The notes beneath the pieces are model-generated. The model worked only from the letters and a program-made list of their open reading frames with translations, did not search any database and was not told the origin of the DNA. Positions 39,567 to 51,000 of a stretch of 64,000 bases of DNA are shown piece by piece; within the stretch, counting starts at the first letter, position 1; each line of letters begins with the position of its first letter. Origin of the DNA: Alphaproteobacteria bacterium (GTDB lineage: Bacteria > Pseudomonadota > Alphaproteobacteria > UBA8366 > GCA-2717185); contig JBBDQU010000073.1 of the NCBI GenBank assembly GCA_040905865.1, positions 8,255 through 72,254 on the forward strand. Direction: 5' to 3'. The translations under genes were made by a program, and so were the position numbers.

Positions 39567-40475
39567 ATGACGCCCGAAGACATCTGCAAACACGACCTGT
39601 GCGCCCTGACCGGCGCCCAGCGGAACTATTATTTCGCCAACGGCTTCGTCAGCATCGACAGCATCGTCGGCGATCCCTGGCTGGCGCGCCTGCAGGAACT
39701 CGCCGGCGATTTCCTGGACCAGAGCCGGTCCGTCGCGAAATCGAACGAGGCGTTCGACCTCGGCCCCAACCACACGGCCGAACACCCGCAAATGCGGCGG
39801 CTCAGGGCCACGATCGACCGGCATCCGGATTTCTGGCGCTTTGCCTGCGAATCCGTGTTCACGGATATCGCCGCCGACCTGTGTGGACCGGATGTGAAAT
39901 TCCACAGCGCCAAGCTGAATTACAAATGGCCCGGCAGGGACGAGGTCGTGAAATGGCACCAGGACATCCAGGCCTGGCCGCACACCAATTATAGCCCCGT
40001 CACCCTGGGCGTGTACCTGGACGATGTGACGCCGGAAATGGGACCGCTGGCCTGTATTCCCGGCAGTCACGAAGGTCCCCTGTTCCGGCATACCCGGCCC
40101 GACGGCAGCTGGACCGGATCGGTATCCGATGCGGATATGGAAACGGTCGATACGGGCAGCGCCGTTGCGTCGGCCGGTCCGGCCGGCACCGTCGTCGCCA
40201 TCAATTGCCGGACCATTCACGGTTCGCATCAGAACGTCTCGGCGAAACCGCGGCCCATGCTGCTCTATGTTTATTCGTCGGCGGATGCATTCCCCTGGAT
40301 GCCGGCGCCGGCGCCGACCAACAAGACCGGCGAAATCGTCCGCGGCAAATCAGCCGACTACCCGCATATGGATCCGCGCCCCTGCCCGGTGCCGCCGAAC
40401 TGGGACAAGATCGGCTATGGCTCCATCTACACGGCGCAAAAAGGCGAACACGCTCCTGGAGCACATCAGGATTGA
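39567..40475 (+). CDS. phytanoyl-CoA dioxygenase (PhyH)-family Fe(II)/2-oxoglutarate oxygenase
   Basis: WHQDIQAWP (HxD iron motif) and CRTIHGSHQN (distal His). The last 5 codons and the stop lie inside repeat copy 2. Confidence 0.75.
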   Translation: MTPEDICKHDLCALTGAQRNYYFANGFVSIDSIVGDPWLARLQELAGDFLDQSRSVAKSNEAFDLGPNHTAEHPQMRRLRATIDRHPDFWRFACESVFTDIAADLCGPDVKFHSAKLNYKWPGRDEVVKWHQDIQAWPHTNYSPVTLGVYLDDVTPEMGPLACIPGSHEGPLFRHTRPDGSWTGSVSDADMETVDTGSAVASAGPAGTVVAINCRTIHGSHQNVSAKPRPMLLYVYSSADAFPWMPAPAPTNKTGEIVRGKSADYPHMDPRPCPVPPNWDKIGYGSIYTAQKGEHAPGAHQD

Positions 40476-40596
40476 ACAGAACCACAACAGGTTCTGTTCA
40501 ATCCTGTGAAGGTGCTCTGTTTTCAATAAGGTAGATCAGATTCACGTGATTGCTGGATCGCCAAAGGCGACTCCAGCAAACCACGATCTGATCTCG
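40460..40596 (+). repeat. structured two-hairpin intergenic repeat, copy 2 of 3
   Basis: Same conserved blocks as copy 1. Hairpin 1 is a perfect 15-bp stem here (GGATTGAACAGAACC / GGTTCTGTTCAATCC). Confidence 0.85.
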
Positions 40597-40614
40597 CGAG
40601 ATGTAATCGCGGAT

Positions 40615-40645
40615 AAAAAAAGCCGGACCGCAAACCGGTCCGGCT
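40615..40645 (-). terminator. Rho-independent terminator of second csp gene
   Basis: Minus strand reads AGCCGGACCG-GTTTG-CGGTCCGGCT (perfect 10-bp stem) followed by TTTTTT. Confidence 0.85.
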
Positions 40646-40668
40646 GGATATGTTCGCGTCGTCCGGAA

Positions 40669-40875
40669 TCAGTCGAGCAGACGCAGATCCTCCGCCGCAA
40701 CCTTGCCATTGCGGCCTTCGGTCAGTTCGTACTCGACCTTCGCACCCTCTTCGAGGCTGGAAAGGCCGGCGCGTTCCACCGCCGAAATATGAACAAAGGC
40801 GTCATTACCGCCGCCATCCGGTGCGATAAAACCATAGCCCTTCTGGTGATTAAACCACTTAACGGTGCCTCGCAT
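40669..40875 (-). CDS. cold-shock protein (CspA family), second paralogue
   Basis: [17 protein letters not shown]...[15 protein letters not shown] lies 6 nt upstream of ATG 40875. Confidence 0.93.
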   Translation of the reverse strand: MRGTVKWFNHQKGYGFIAPDGGGNDAFVHISAVERAGLSSLEEGAKVEYELTEGRNGKVAAEDLRLLD

Positions 40876-41030
40876 AACGTTCCTCCACGCAACAGTTCTC
40901 AATCGTCGGGCGCGTGCCCGGGTAGGTTACTCCAATATTCAGGGGGAACGGTCGTACTTGATGACAACCTGGCTCTGCCCGCCACATACTGGACAAGTTC
41001 GCTACTGTCTACCGGCAGCAGCATACCGGT

Positions 41031-41107
41031 TGGTAGCGGAGGGCGGACTCGAACCGCCGACACCCGGATTATGATTCCGATGCTCTAACCAGCTGAGCTA
41101 CTCCGCC
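41031..41107 (-). tRNA. tRNA-Met (anticodon CAT), elongator-like
   Basis: The reverse complement GGCGGAGTAGCTCAGCTGGTTAGAGCATCGGAATCATAATCCGGGTGTCGGCGGTTCGAGTCCGCCCTCCGCTACCA folds as a cloverleaf. Anticodon loop is AUCAUAA, T-loop is TTCGAGT, and CCA is encoded. Confidence 0.88.
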
Positions 41108-41463
41108 ATCTGGGCGTTCAAATACGCATTCCGCAGACTGGTGTCAACTGCGCTCAACAGTATCCATGGTAAACACAAACCGCGTAACGTGCTGACTTCA
41201 TGCGCAAACACCATCCGGTCCCATGCCCCCCGAGGATTGCGGCTTCCGGTCCTCGAACCGGCGCCGCGGGTGGACTATGATGGTCGTCATGCCGGAACCG
41301 ACTCCCGATCCGTCCGCCGCCCCGACCGCGGACTTCGCCCGCCGCAAAATTGAAAAGTCGCTTGGCATTGCACGCGCCGCGCATATCATTCAGGCTCAAC
41401 GGCGCGCCCGCGCCCTGCCGCGCCCTTTGACTTCCTGATCAACAGTACGGAAACAATCACAGC

Positions 41464-42414
41464 ATGACTTCCCCTATCGACACGGCCGCGCAGAAGATCA
41501 CCTCCGTCGATGCAATCGTCGAGGGGCTGGACGGTGTCGGCTATATCGCCTCGCACCGGATCGCCACATCCATTTTCGTCGCCCAGAACCTAACCAAGCC
41601 GATTCTCGTCGAGGGCTCCGCCGGCGTCGGCAAGACCGAACTGGCGCTGTCCACGGCAAACTGGCTCGGCCTGCCGCTGATCCGCATGCAATGTTACGAG
41701 GGGCTCGACGAATCCAAGGCGCTGTATGAATGGAAATACGGCAAGCAGCTTCTCTACACGCAGATCCTCAAGGACAAGATGGGCGACGTCCTGACCGGCG
41801 CATCGGGGCTGGACGAGGCGATGGACAAGCTGCACGGGTTCAGCGACCTGTTCTTTTCCGAACAGTTCCTCGAACCCCGCCCGCTGCTGAAGGCCCTGCG
41901 CCAGAAGCACGGCGCGGTGCTGCTGATCGATGAAATCGACAAATCGGACGAGGAATTCGAGGCCTTCCTGCTGGAAATCCTGTCCGCCTACCAGGTTTCG
42001 ATCCCGGAAATCGGCACCATCACGGCGACAGTGCCGCCGCTGGTCTTCCTGACCTCCAACAATATGCGGGAAATGGGCGATGCGCTGAAACGGCGCTGCC
42101 TGCATCTTTTCATCCCGCTGCCGGAGGAAAAACTGGAACGCCGCATTGTCGCGGCCCGCGTCCCCGGTATCGCGGACCGGCTGACCCGGCAACTCGTCGC
42201 CTTCGTGCATATGCTGCGCGAACAGGACCTGAAGAAACTGCCGTCGATTTCGGAAACCATCGACTGGGCCAGGGTGCTGGTGCTGATGAACGCGGAGGCG
42301 CTGGACACCGAACTGGTCCGCAACACGCTGAACGTGCTGCTGAAACACGAACAGGACTTCACCGCCGTCGACAAGAGCATCCCGGAACTGACCAACAAGG
42401 CGAAACGGTATTAG
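41464..42414 (+). CDS. MoxR/CoxD-like AAA+ ATPase
   Basis: Walker A in VEGSAGVGKTELA and Walker B in VLLIDEIDKSDEE. About 316 aa, typical of MoxR-class ATPases. Confidence 0.85.
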   Translation: MTSPIDTAAQKITSVDAIVEGLDGVGYIASHRIATSIFVAQNLTKPILVEGSAGVGKTELALSTANWLGLPLIRMQCYEGLDESKALYEWKYGKQLLYTQILKDKMGDVLTGASGLDEAMDKLHGFSDLFFSEQFLEPRPLLKALRQKHGAVLLIDEIDKSDEEFEAFLLEILSAYQVSIPEIGTITATVPPLVFLTSNNMREMGDALKRRCLHLFIPLPEEKLERRIVAARVPGIADRLTRQLVAFVHMLREQDLKKLPSISETIDWARVLVLMNAEALDTELVRNTLNVLLKHEQDFTAVDKSIPELTNKAKRY

Positions 42415-42428
42415 TATGGAGCATTAAC

Positions 42429-43784
42429 GTGCAGCAGACGCTGACAAATTTCCTGCGCGCGCTGCGGGCGATGGAAATTCCCGTCTCGCCACTGGAGACC
42501 ATCGACGCGCACCGGACCGTCGACGCCGTCGGCTTCGCCGACCGGTCGCTGCTGCGGGATTCGCTCTGCGTCACGCTCGCGAAATCGGAAGAAGAGGTCG
42601 AAAAATTCGACGAATGCTTCGACATGTTTTTCACCCGCGAGGAATTCCGCGACCGCCGCGAGGCCGATGCGGATACCGCACCGGGCAAATCCGAAACCGA
42701 CCCGGCCCTGATCGCCGAAAGCCCGCTGGCGCAACTGCTGCTGGAGGGCAGCGAGAGCGACCTGGCCCAGGCCCTGGAGCGCGCGGCCGCCGCCACCGGC
42801 GTCGCCAATATCCGCTACGCCACACAGCGCAACCTGTTCAACCGCCGCATGCTGGACCAGATGGGGCTGCGCCAGATGGAGCGGATGATCGCGGCGTTGA
42901 ACCGCTCGGAAACCGCGGCCGGTACGGCGGCGGCGCAACGGCTGGAAGCGGCGCGGCAATATCTTTTCGAACAGGCGCAGCAATACACCGCGCGCCAGTT
43001 CCAGCTTTATGCCCGTTTTGCCGGCGAACAGCTGCGCGCCGAATTCCTGGTCAAGACAAACCTGTCCGCGGTGGAATTGCGCGATTTCCAGCGCATGCAC
43101 CGTATCGTGCGCCGCATGGCCCGCAAGCTGGCAACCCGCTACAATCGCCGCCGCAAGCACACGAGACGCGGCGTCCTGGACGTTCGCCGGACCCTGCGCC
43201 GCAACATGGCCTATGACGGCATCCCCTTCGAGACCGTCTGGAAACAGACCAGGATCGAGAAGCCGAAGATTGTCGTGATCTGTGACGTGTCGCAATCCGT
43301 CGCCGCGGCCGCGCGCTTCCTGCTGTTGTTCCTGTATTCGCTGAACGAGGTCATCTCGTCGCTGCGCGCCTTCGCGTTTTCCGGCAATCTGATCGAAATC
43401 AGCGACATCCTGGAAGACAAATCCGTCGAGGCCGCGATTCCCGAAATCCTGGAGAAAATCGGTTTCCGCCCGACCGATTACGGCAGGGCCCTGGCCGATT
43501 TCGACGAAGGCTACATGGATTCGGTGGACCGCAGCACCACGGTCATGATCCTCGGCGACGGCCGCACCAACGATACCGATCCGCGCATCGACCTGATGCG
43601 GAAACTGCATGACCGCGCCAAATCGGTGATCTGGCTGAACCCGGAACCGGAAACCTTCTGGGGTACGGGCGACAGCGAAATGCCGCGCTACCGCACCTTC
43701 TGCCATGTCGCCACGACCTGCAGCACCGTGCAGGACCTGGAACGCATCATCGACGATGTATTGAAGACGTATTTCCGGACTTAA
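42429..43784 (+). CDS. VWA-domain CoxE-like protein
   Basis: C-terminal vWA with MIDAS-like VICDVSQSV and [10 protein letters not shown]-terminal region is typical of CoxE-like proteins. GTG start with GGAG 7 nt upstream. Confidence 0.8.
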   Translation: MQQTLTNFLRALRAMEIPVSPLETIDAHRTVDAVGFADRSLLRDSLCVTLAKSEEEVEKFDECFDMFFTREEFRDRREADADTAPGKSETDPALIAESPLAQLLLEGSESDLAQALERAAAATGVANIRYATQRNLFNRRMLDQMGLRQMERMIAALNRSETAAGTAAAQRLEAARQYLFEQAQQYTARQFQLYARFAGEQLRAEFLVKTNLSAVELRDFQRMHRIVRRMARKLATRYNRRRKHTRRGVLDVRRTLRRNMAYDGIPFETVWKQTRIEKPKIVVICDVSQSVAAAARFLLLFLYSLNEVISSLRAFAFSGNLIEISDILEDKSVEAAIPEILEKIGFRPTDYGRALADFDEGYMDSVDRSTTVMILGDGRTNDTDPRIDLMRKLHDRAKSVIWLNPEPETFWGTGDSEMPRYRTFCHVATTCSTVQDLERIIDDVLKTYFRT

Positions 43785-44914
43785 GCCGCGATCTCGCCGG
43801 CTTGCCGCAATATCCAGCCGCCGCCGAGCACCCGGTCGCCGTCATAGAAGACGCAGGCCTGCCCCGGCGAAATACCGAATTGCGGTTCGTCGAGCCGCAC
43901 GACCGTATTGCCGTCCGCACCCGTTTGCAGACGGGCCGCTACTGGCGCCATGGTGGAGCGCAGCTTGACCGAACACGCCATGTCATCCGGCGGCTGCGCG
44001 CCGTCGCCGATCCAGTTGACCGTCCCCAGCAACAGCCGGTCGACGCCCAGCGCCGTGCGGGGGCCGACGATTACGCGGCGGCGTTCCGGATCCAGCCGCA
44101 CGACATACAACAGATCCTCGCCTTCCAGCCGGCCGCCGAGCCCGAGGCCCCGGCGCTGTCCGATCGTGAAATTGATGATGCCTTCATGCCGACCCAGCAC
44201 ATTGCCGGCCCGGTCGACGATTTCACCCGGCGCATGGGCTTCGGGCCGCAGCCGTTCGACAATGCGGGCGTAATTGCCTTCGGGCACGAAGCAGATGTCC
44301 TGGCTGTCCGGCTTGTCCGCGACCGGCAGGCCGAAGCGTTCCGCATGAACGCGGGTTTCCGGCTTTTCCATCGCGCCCAGCGGGAAGCGCAGGTAATCGA
44401 GCTGCCCCCGCGTCGTCGCAAACAGGAAATAGCTCTGGTCCCGGTCGGCATCAACGGCGCGCAGCAGCGCGGGGCCGCCCGGCCCCGCCGCGCGGCGCAC
44501 GTAATGACCGGTCGCCAGCGCATCCGCGCCAAGGTCCCGCGCCGTGGCCAGCAGGTCCTGGAACTTGACCGTCTGGTTGCAGCGCACGCAGGGGATCGGC
44601 GTTTCGCCGCGCAGATAGGAATCGGCGAATTCGTCGATCACCGCTTCGCGGAAGCGGCTTTCGTAATCCAGCACGTAATGGGGAATGCCGATCCGGTCCG
44701 CGACATTGCGGGCGTCGTGGATATCCTGCCCGGCGCAGCACGCGCCCTTCCGGGCAACGGCGGCCCCATGGTCATAGAGCTGCAGGGTGACGCCGATTAC
44801 CTCGTACCCGGCCTCCGCCATCAGCGCCGCGGCGACCGACGAATCGACGCCGCCGGACATCGCGACAACGACGCGGGTCTGCGAAACCGGCTTGTCGATA
44901 CCCAGTGCATTCAT
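43781..44914 (-). CDS. mnmA: tRNA 2-thiouridine(34) synthase
   Basis: PP-loop [10 protein letters not shown]; CCAGQD and CVRCNQ Cys motifs. Confidence 0.93.
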   Translation of the reverse strand: MNALGIDKPVSQTRVVVAMSGGVDSSVAAALMAEAGYEVIGVTLQLYDHGAAVARKGACCAGQDIHDARNVADRIGIPHYVLDYESRFREAVIDEFADSYLRGETPIPCVRCNQTVKFQDLLATARDLGADALATGHYVRRAAGPGGPALLRAVDADRDQSYFLFATTRGQLDYLRFPLGAMEKPETRVHAERFGLPVADKPDSQDICFVPEGNYARIVERLRPEAHAPGEIVDRAGNVLGRHEGIINFTIGQRRGLGLGGRLEGEDLLYVVRLDPERRRVIVGPRTALGVDRLLLGTVNWIGDGAQPPDDMACSVKLRSTMAPVAARLQTGADGNTVVRLDEPQFGISPGQACVFYDGDRVLGGGWILRQAGEIAA

Positions 44915-44947
44915 GGCTTCAATGTCCGCGCATCCGCGCCGCGGTAC

Positions 44948-45286
44948 TCAAACGTGGAAGGATTCGCCGCAGCCGCAATGGCCCTTGGCATTCGGGTTCT
45001 CGAAAACGAAGCCTGACTGCAACTTGTCCTCGCGGTAATCCATTTTCGAGCCGATGAGGAACATTGTCGCCGCCGGGTCGATCAGGACCTTCACGCCCTG
45101 CTCCTCGACGACTTCCTCGAACGGCAGTTCCTTGTCCGCGTATTCGACGAAGTAGCTCATGCCGGAACAGCCCTGCGCCTTGACGCCGACGCGCAACCCG
45201 ACAACCGGCTTGTCCGCCTTCGACAGCAGTACCTTTACCCGCGCCACCGCGGCATCGGTGAGTGTCATCGCCTGTGGTCTATTCAT
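44948..45286 (-). CDS. sufA: A-type Fe-S cluster carrier (SufA/ErpA/IscA family)
   Basis: GCSG...C-terminal GHCGCGESFHV Cys ligand pattern. Confidence 0.88.
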   Translation of the reverse strand: MNRPQAMTLTDAAVARVKVLLSKADKPVVGLRVGVKAQGCSGMSYFVEYADKELPFEEVVEEQGVKVLIDPAATMFLIGSKMDYREDKLQSGFVFENPNAKGHCGCGESFHV

Positions 45287-45314
45287 TGCCTTGCTCCACT
45301 TGCCTGTCCCACCC

Positions 45315-45731
45315 TTAAAACATATCCAGTTCGACTTTCGCCGCTTCCGACATCAGCGACGGATTCCACGGCGGCTCCCAGACAATCTCGACGGTCACCT
45401 CGCCAACGCCTTCGACGGCGGCAACGGCTTCCGCGACCTGTACCGGCAGAATGCCGGCAACGGGACAGGCCGGCGCGGTCAGCGTCATTTCGATGGCGAC
45501 CGAGCCGTCATCCGCCTGGTCGCACTTATAGATGAGCCCCAGTTCGTAAATATCAACCGGAATTTCCGGGTCATGCACGGTCTTCATGGCCGCGACAATC
45601 GCCGCCTCATCGGCCTTGTCCTCGCCCGGTTTCAGCGGTTCGCCGGCGCGCGCAATGCCGTCATCCGGCAAGGGCGCCGTCGTGGCGAACTGGCTGAACG
45701 GCGAATATTCCATATTCATGTCATGCCCCAC
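45315..45731 (-). CDS. sufT: DUF59/SufT-type Fe-S assembly protein
   Basis: VHDPEIPVDIYELGLIY and LTAPACP motif typical of the MIP18/DUF59 family. Sits within the suf operon. Confidence 0.8.
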   Translation of the reverse strand: MGHDMNMEYSPFSQFATTAPLPDDGIARAGEPLKPGEDKADEAAIVAAMKTVHDPEIPVDIYELGLIYKCDQADDGSVAIEMTLTAPACPVAGILPVQVAEAVAAVEGVGEVTVEIVWEPPWNPSLMSEAAKVELDMF

Positions 45732-45739
45732 TTATTACC

Positions 45740-46207
45740 CTACTCACTGCTCGTTACCTCCTTGCCCTCGATCGCGGCATTCAGCGTATGCCAGGCAAGC
45801 GTCGCGCATTTGACCCGTACCGGAAAGGCGCGCACGCCCGACAGCACGGTCAGCTTTTCCAGATCCTCCGGGTCGAGCGACGCGTCCGCCGGCGCCGCGT
45901 CATCGCCCGTGCACATATCGTGGAACCGGTCGAACAGGATATGCGCCTGTTTGACAGATTTTCCCCTGACCAGTTCGGTCATCATCGATGCCGATGCAAC
46001 CGATATCGCACAGCCATTGCCAACGAAGGACACGTCTTCGATGACGTCCCCGTCGCCCAATTTCAGATAGACGACAAGCTGGTCGCCGCAGAGCGGGTTC
46101 TTGCCATGGGCATGGCCGGTCGCCCCCTCGATATCGCGAAAGTTCCGCGGACTCTTGCCGTGGTCCAGGATCACTTCCTGATAGAGTTCCCGAAGTTCGT
46201 CCATCAT
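45740..46207 (-). CDS. sufU: SufU/IscU-like sulfur acceptor
   Basis: NPLCGD, GNGCAISVASASMMTE and RVKCATLAW closely parallel B. subtilis SufU as recalled. Confidence 0.85.
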   Translation of the reverse strand: MMDELRELYQEVILDHGKSPRNFRDIEGATGHAHGKNPLCGDQLVVYLKLGDGDVIEDVSFVGNGCAISVASASMMTELVRGKSVKQAHILFDRFHDMCTGDDAAPADASLDPEDLEKLTVLSGVRAFPVRVKCATLAWHTLNAAIEGKEVTSSE

Positions 46208-47466
46208 GCGCCAAAAAACTCCCGGGCCGATTCCAGCGCCGCGACCAGCGCGTCGGCGTCGGCATGCGTGTTGTACAGACCGAAGGATGCGCGCGTCGTC
46301 GCCGGAACGCCCAGCAAATCCATCAGCGGTTGGGCGCAGTGATGCCCGGCGCGGCAGGCCACCCCGGCCCGGTCGATAATCGTGGCGATATCGTGCGAAT
46401 GGATACCCTCCACGGTAAACGAAATGATCGCCGCCTTGCGTGGTGCGGTACCATATATTTTCAGTCCCGGGATCGAGGAAAGGCGCTGCGTCGCGTAGCG
46501 CCGCAAATCCTCTTCATGGGCGGAGATCCTGTCCATGCCGATGGCGGTAACATAATCGACTGCCGCGCCAAGCCCAATGGCCTGTGCGATCATCGGCGTA
46601 CCGGCCTCGAACTTGTTCGGCAGTGCCGCCCAGGTGCTGCTCGCAATCGTGACATGCTCAATCATTTCACCGCCGCCAAGGAATGGCGGCATCGCGTTCA
46701 GCCGCTCTTCCTTGCCATACAGCACGCCGACGCCGGACGGCCCGTACAGCTTGTGGCCGGTAAAGACATAGAAATCGCAATCGATGGCCTGCACATCGAC
46801 CGGCATATGGACCGCCCCTTGCGATCCGTCGATCAACACCGTGGCGCCGGCATCATGCGCCAGACGGGTAATTTCCGTCACGTCGTTGATCGTACCGAGC
46901 GCGTTGGACACATGCGTGATTGCAACCATCTTCGTTTCCGGAGTCAGCATCTTCCGGAATTCGTCCATTTTCAGTTCACCGTCATCGGTGATCGGTACGG
47001 CTTTCAGCTTCAACCCTTTTTCCGCCGCCAGCATCTGCCAGGGAACGATGTTCGCATGATGCTCCATGATCGAAATCAGGATTTCATCGCCGGGTTGCAG
47101 GAAGCGCTGCCCATGTGTCCGGACAACCATGTTCACCGCCTCGGTCGCGTTGCGCGTGAAGATGATCTCGTGGTCATGCTTCGCGTTCAGGAATTTCTGC
47201 ACCTTGATGCGCGCGCCTTCATAGGCGTCGGTCGCGCGCTCGGACATGTAATGCACGCCGCGATGCACATTGGCGTATTCGTGCTCATACACATGACGCA
47301 CGGCGTCGATCACCTGGCGCGGTTTCTGCGCCGAGGCGCCGTTGTCCAGATAGACAAACGGCTGCCCGTGCACCGTTTCCGACAGGATCGGAAAATCCCG
47401 GCGATAGGCTTCGACATCATAGGGTACGGCGCTGTCCACAGCCGCCGCCTGTGCGGTATTGCTCAT
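46204..47466 (-). CDS. sufS: cysteine desulfurase SufS (group II)
   Basis: TGHKLYGPSGVG (PLP-Lys) and RAGHHCAQP (catalytic Cys). 4-nt overlap with sufU. Confidence 0.92.
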   Translation of the reverse strand: MSNTAQAAAVDSAVPYDVEAYRRDFPILSETVHGQPFVYLDNGASAQKPRQVIDAVRHVYEHEYANVHRGVHYMSERATDAYEGARIKVQKFLNAKHDHEIIFTRNATEAVNMVVRTHGQRFLQPGDEILISIMEHHANIVPWQMLAAEKGLKLKAVPITDDGELKMDEFRKMLTPETKMVAITHVSNALGTINDVTEITRLAHDAGATVLIDGSQGAVHMPVDVQAIDCDFYVFTGHKLYGPSGVGVLYGKEERLNAMPPFLGGGEMIEHVTIASSTWAALPNKFEAGTPMIAQAIGLGAAVDYVTAIGMDRISAHEEDLRRYATQRLSSIPGLKIYGTAPRKAAIISFTVEGIHSHDIATIIDRAGVACRAGHHCAQPLMDLLGVPATTRASFGLYNTHADADALVAALESAREFFGA

Positions 47467-47469
47467 GAT

Positions 47470-48768
47470 CTACTTCTCATCCTCTTCGCCAAGCCAGGCA
47501 TCGACGGTTTTCTGAAACGCCGCGCGCGGCCCGGGTGACTGAATTTCCGCCACCGCTTCGCCGACGAAGGCCACCACCAGCATCGCCTTTGCCTTTTTCC
47601 GGTCGATACCGCGCGCCATCAGGTAAAACAGCGCCTCTTCCGCCAGATCGCCGGTCGTTGCCCCGTGGCTGCATTTGACATCGTCGGCGTAGATTTCAAG
47701 TTCCGGCTTGGTATCGATTTCCGTGCCCGGCGACAGCAGCAGCGTCTTGTTGACCTGCCGGCCATCGGTCTTCTGCGCGTCCTTGCGCACCAGGATCTTG
47801 CCCTGGAACACGCCGCGCGACCGTCCATCCAGCACGCCCTTGTAAACCTCATGCGATGTGCTGTTCGGGGAAGCATGATCGATGAAGGTCGTGTTGTCGA
47901 TATGCTGCTCGCCGCGCCCCAGATAGGCACCGTTCAGCCGGCATTCCACATGCTCGCCCAGGTGCGTGCGGATCTCGTTGCGTGCAAGTTTTCCACCGAC
48001 CTGCAGGACAAATCCGTCATACGTCGAACGGTCTTCCAGCCGCACATGGGTATAGGCAACGTGAAAAGCTTCCGGGCCTTCGTTCTGCAGCTTGTAATGA
48101 TTCAGCACCGCCCCGGCGCCGACCGAAATTTCCGACACCGTATTGGCGAAATAGCTGCCGGCGCCGACATGGCTTTCGACGAGCGTTGCGATACTGCCGG
48201 CGCCCATATCGATCAGATGGCGGGGGGAAATCCCGACCGGGTCATCGCCCGCGTCGCCGATACAGACCAGATGCAGCGGCTTGTCCAGCGCCGCGCCATC
48301 GGCCAGACGTAAATACAGCCCGTCCGCCATGGAAGCCGTGTTCAGCGCCGCCAGCGGTCGGGATTCGATATCGGCAAGCCTGCCAAGCGACGCTTCAAGC
48401 GCCGCCGGATCCTGCGCCGCCTTCGCCGCGAGGCTGCCGGACTCAACGCCCTTTGGCAATCCGTCGAGCGCCGACAGGGACGCATCGAACCGCCCGTTGA
48501 CGATGACCGCCAGATAGGCGTCTTCCAGCGGCGCAATGCCGGCGGGGATCGCGGTTACCGTTGAGCCCGGCGCAGCCGGTGCGAACGGAATGCGGGCCAG
48601 CGCGCGGAGATTGGTGTATTTCCACTGTTCGCTGCGCGGCGTCGGCAGGCCAAGCGCCCTGTAGCGGTCAAAGCCGCCACGACGCAGCGCCTCTATCCAC
48701 GGCGCGCCGGACAGCAGCGCCGTATCGAAATGATCGGCAAAGGGTGTCTCGATCCGCGCCATGGTCAC
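47470..48768 (-). CDS. sufD: Fe-S cluster assembly protein SufD
   Basis: C-terminal beta-helix block [19 protein letters not shown]; position between sufC and sufS. Confidence 0.9.
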   Translation of the reverse strand: MTMARIETPFADHFDTALLSGAPWIEALRRGGFDRYRALGLPTPRSEQWKYTNLRALARIPFAPAAPGSTVTAIPAGIAPLEDAYLAVIVNGRFDASLSALDGLPKGVESGSLAAKAAQDPAALEASLGRLADIESRPLAALNTASMADGLYLRLADGAALDKPLHLVCIGDAGDDPVGISPRHLIDMGAGSIATLVESHVGAGSYFANTVSEISVGAGAVLNHYKLQNEGPEAFHVAYTHVRLEDRSTYDGFVLQVGGKLARNEIRTHLGEHVECRLNGAYLGRGEQHIDNTTFIDHASPNSTSHEVYKGVLDGRSRGVFQGKILVRKDAQKTDGRQVNKTLLLSPGTEIDTKPELEIYADDVKCSHGATTGDLAEEALFYLMARGIDRKKAKAMLVVAFVGEAVAEIQSPGPRAAFQKTVDAWLGEEDEK

Positions 48769-49523
48769 GCCGCCTTTTCATCGACGAAGGACGCATAGCC
48801 CTTTTCTTCCAGTTCCAGCGCCAGCGACTTGTCGCCGGACAGGATGATCCTGCCATCGGACAGGATATGCACCTGGTCGGGGACGATATAGTCCAGCAGG
48901 CGCTGGTAATGGGTGATCACCATCATGCCGCGATCCGGCGCGCGCAGCGAATTCACCCCTTCGGCGACCAGCTTCAGCGCGTCGATATCCAGCCCGGAAT
49001 CGGTTTCGTCCAGGACCGCCAGTTTCGGTTCCAGCACCGCCATCTGCAGCACTTCATTACGCTTTTTCTCGCCGCCGGAAAAGCCGACATTCAACGCACG
49101 GCGCAGCATGTCGTCGCCGATTTTCAGGGCCCCCGCCTTTTCCCGCACATATTTCAGAAACTGCATGGCATCCAGCGGGGATTCGCCGCGATGCGACCGC
49201 ACCGCGTTCAGCGCCGCACGCAGAAAGGTTGTGCCTGCGACGCCGGGAATTTCAACCGGATACTGGAAGGCCAGAAACAGGCCGGCGCGGGCCCGTTCAT
49301 CCGCTTCCATCGCCAGCAGGTCGGCCCCGTCATAAATGACCTCGCCCGAGGTGACCTCATATCCGGCGCGGCCAGACAGCACATAGGAAAGCGTGCTTTT
49401 CCCGGAACCGTTAGGCCCCATGATCGCATGCACCGTTCCCGGTTCGACCGTCAGGCTGAGCCCCTTCAGGATCGGCTGGTCGCCGACCGTGGCATGCAGG
49501 TCGCGGATTTCGAGCAATGGCAT
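48765..49523 (-). CDS. sufC: Fe-S cluster assembly ATPase SufC
   Basis: GPNGSGKST Walker A, LSGGEKKR-like [22 protein letters not shown] 49523 is preceded by AAGGAG; the track ORF N-extension was rejected. Confidence 0.93.
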   Translation of the reverse strand: MPLLEIRDLHATVGDQPILKGLSLTVEPGTVHAIMGPNGSGKSTLSYVLSGRAGYEVTSGEVIYDGADLLAMEADERARAGLFLAFQYPVEIPGVAGTTFLRAALNAVRSHRGESPLDAMQFLKYVREKAGALKIGDDMLRRALNVGFSGGEKKRNEVLQMAVLEPKLAVLDETDSGLDIDALKLVAEGVNSLRAPDRGMMVITHYQRLLDYIVPDQVHILSDGRIILSGDKSLALELEEKGYASFVDEKAA

Positions 49524-49540
49524 TAGTTTCTCCTTCGCGC

Positions 49541-50998
<1,458 letters not shown>

Positions 50999-51000
50999 AT

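Noticed and set aside
41031-41107. Alternative identity of the CAT-anticodon tRNA as initiator tRNA-fMet or lysidine-modified tRNA-Ile2
   Set aside because: It lacks the three consecutive G-C pairs in the anticodon stem and the C1:A72-type mismatch expected for a bacterial initiator. It has a G1.U72 end and a UCGGA stem. Ile2 cannot be strictly excluded without a classifier, but the overall sequence looks like an elongator Met.
41223-41438. 71-aa ORF upstream of the MoxR-like gene as a firm feature
   Set aside because: The RBS is weak or too close, the start is ambiguous among three ATGs, and no motif is present. I kept it only as a remark within the MoxR/VWA finding.
42411-45016. ORFs 42411..43706 (-, 431 aa) and 43802..45016 (+, 404 aa)
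   Set aside because: They are antisense shadows of the VWA/CoxE-like gene and of mnmA.
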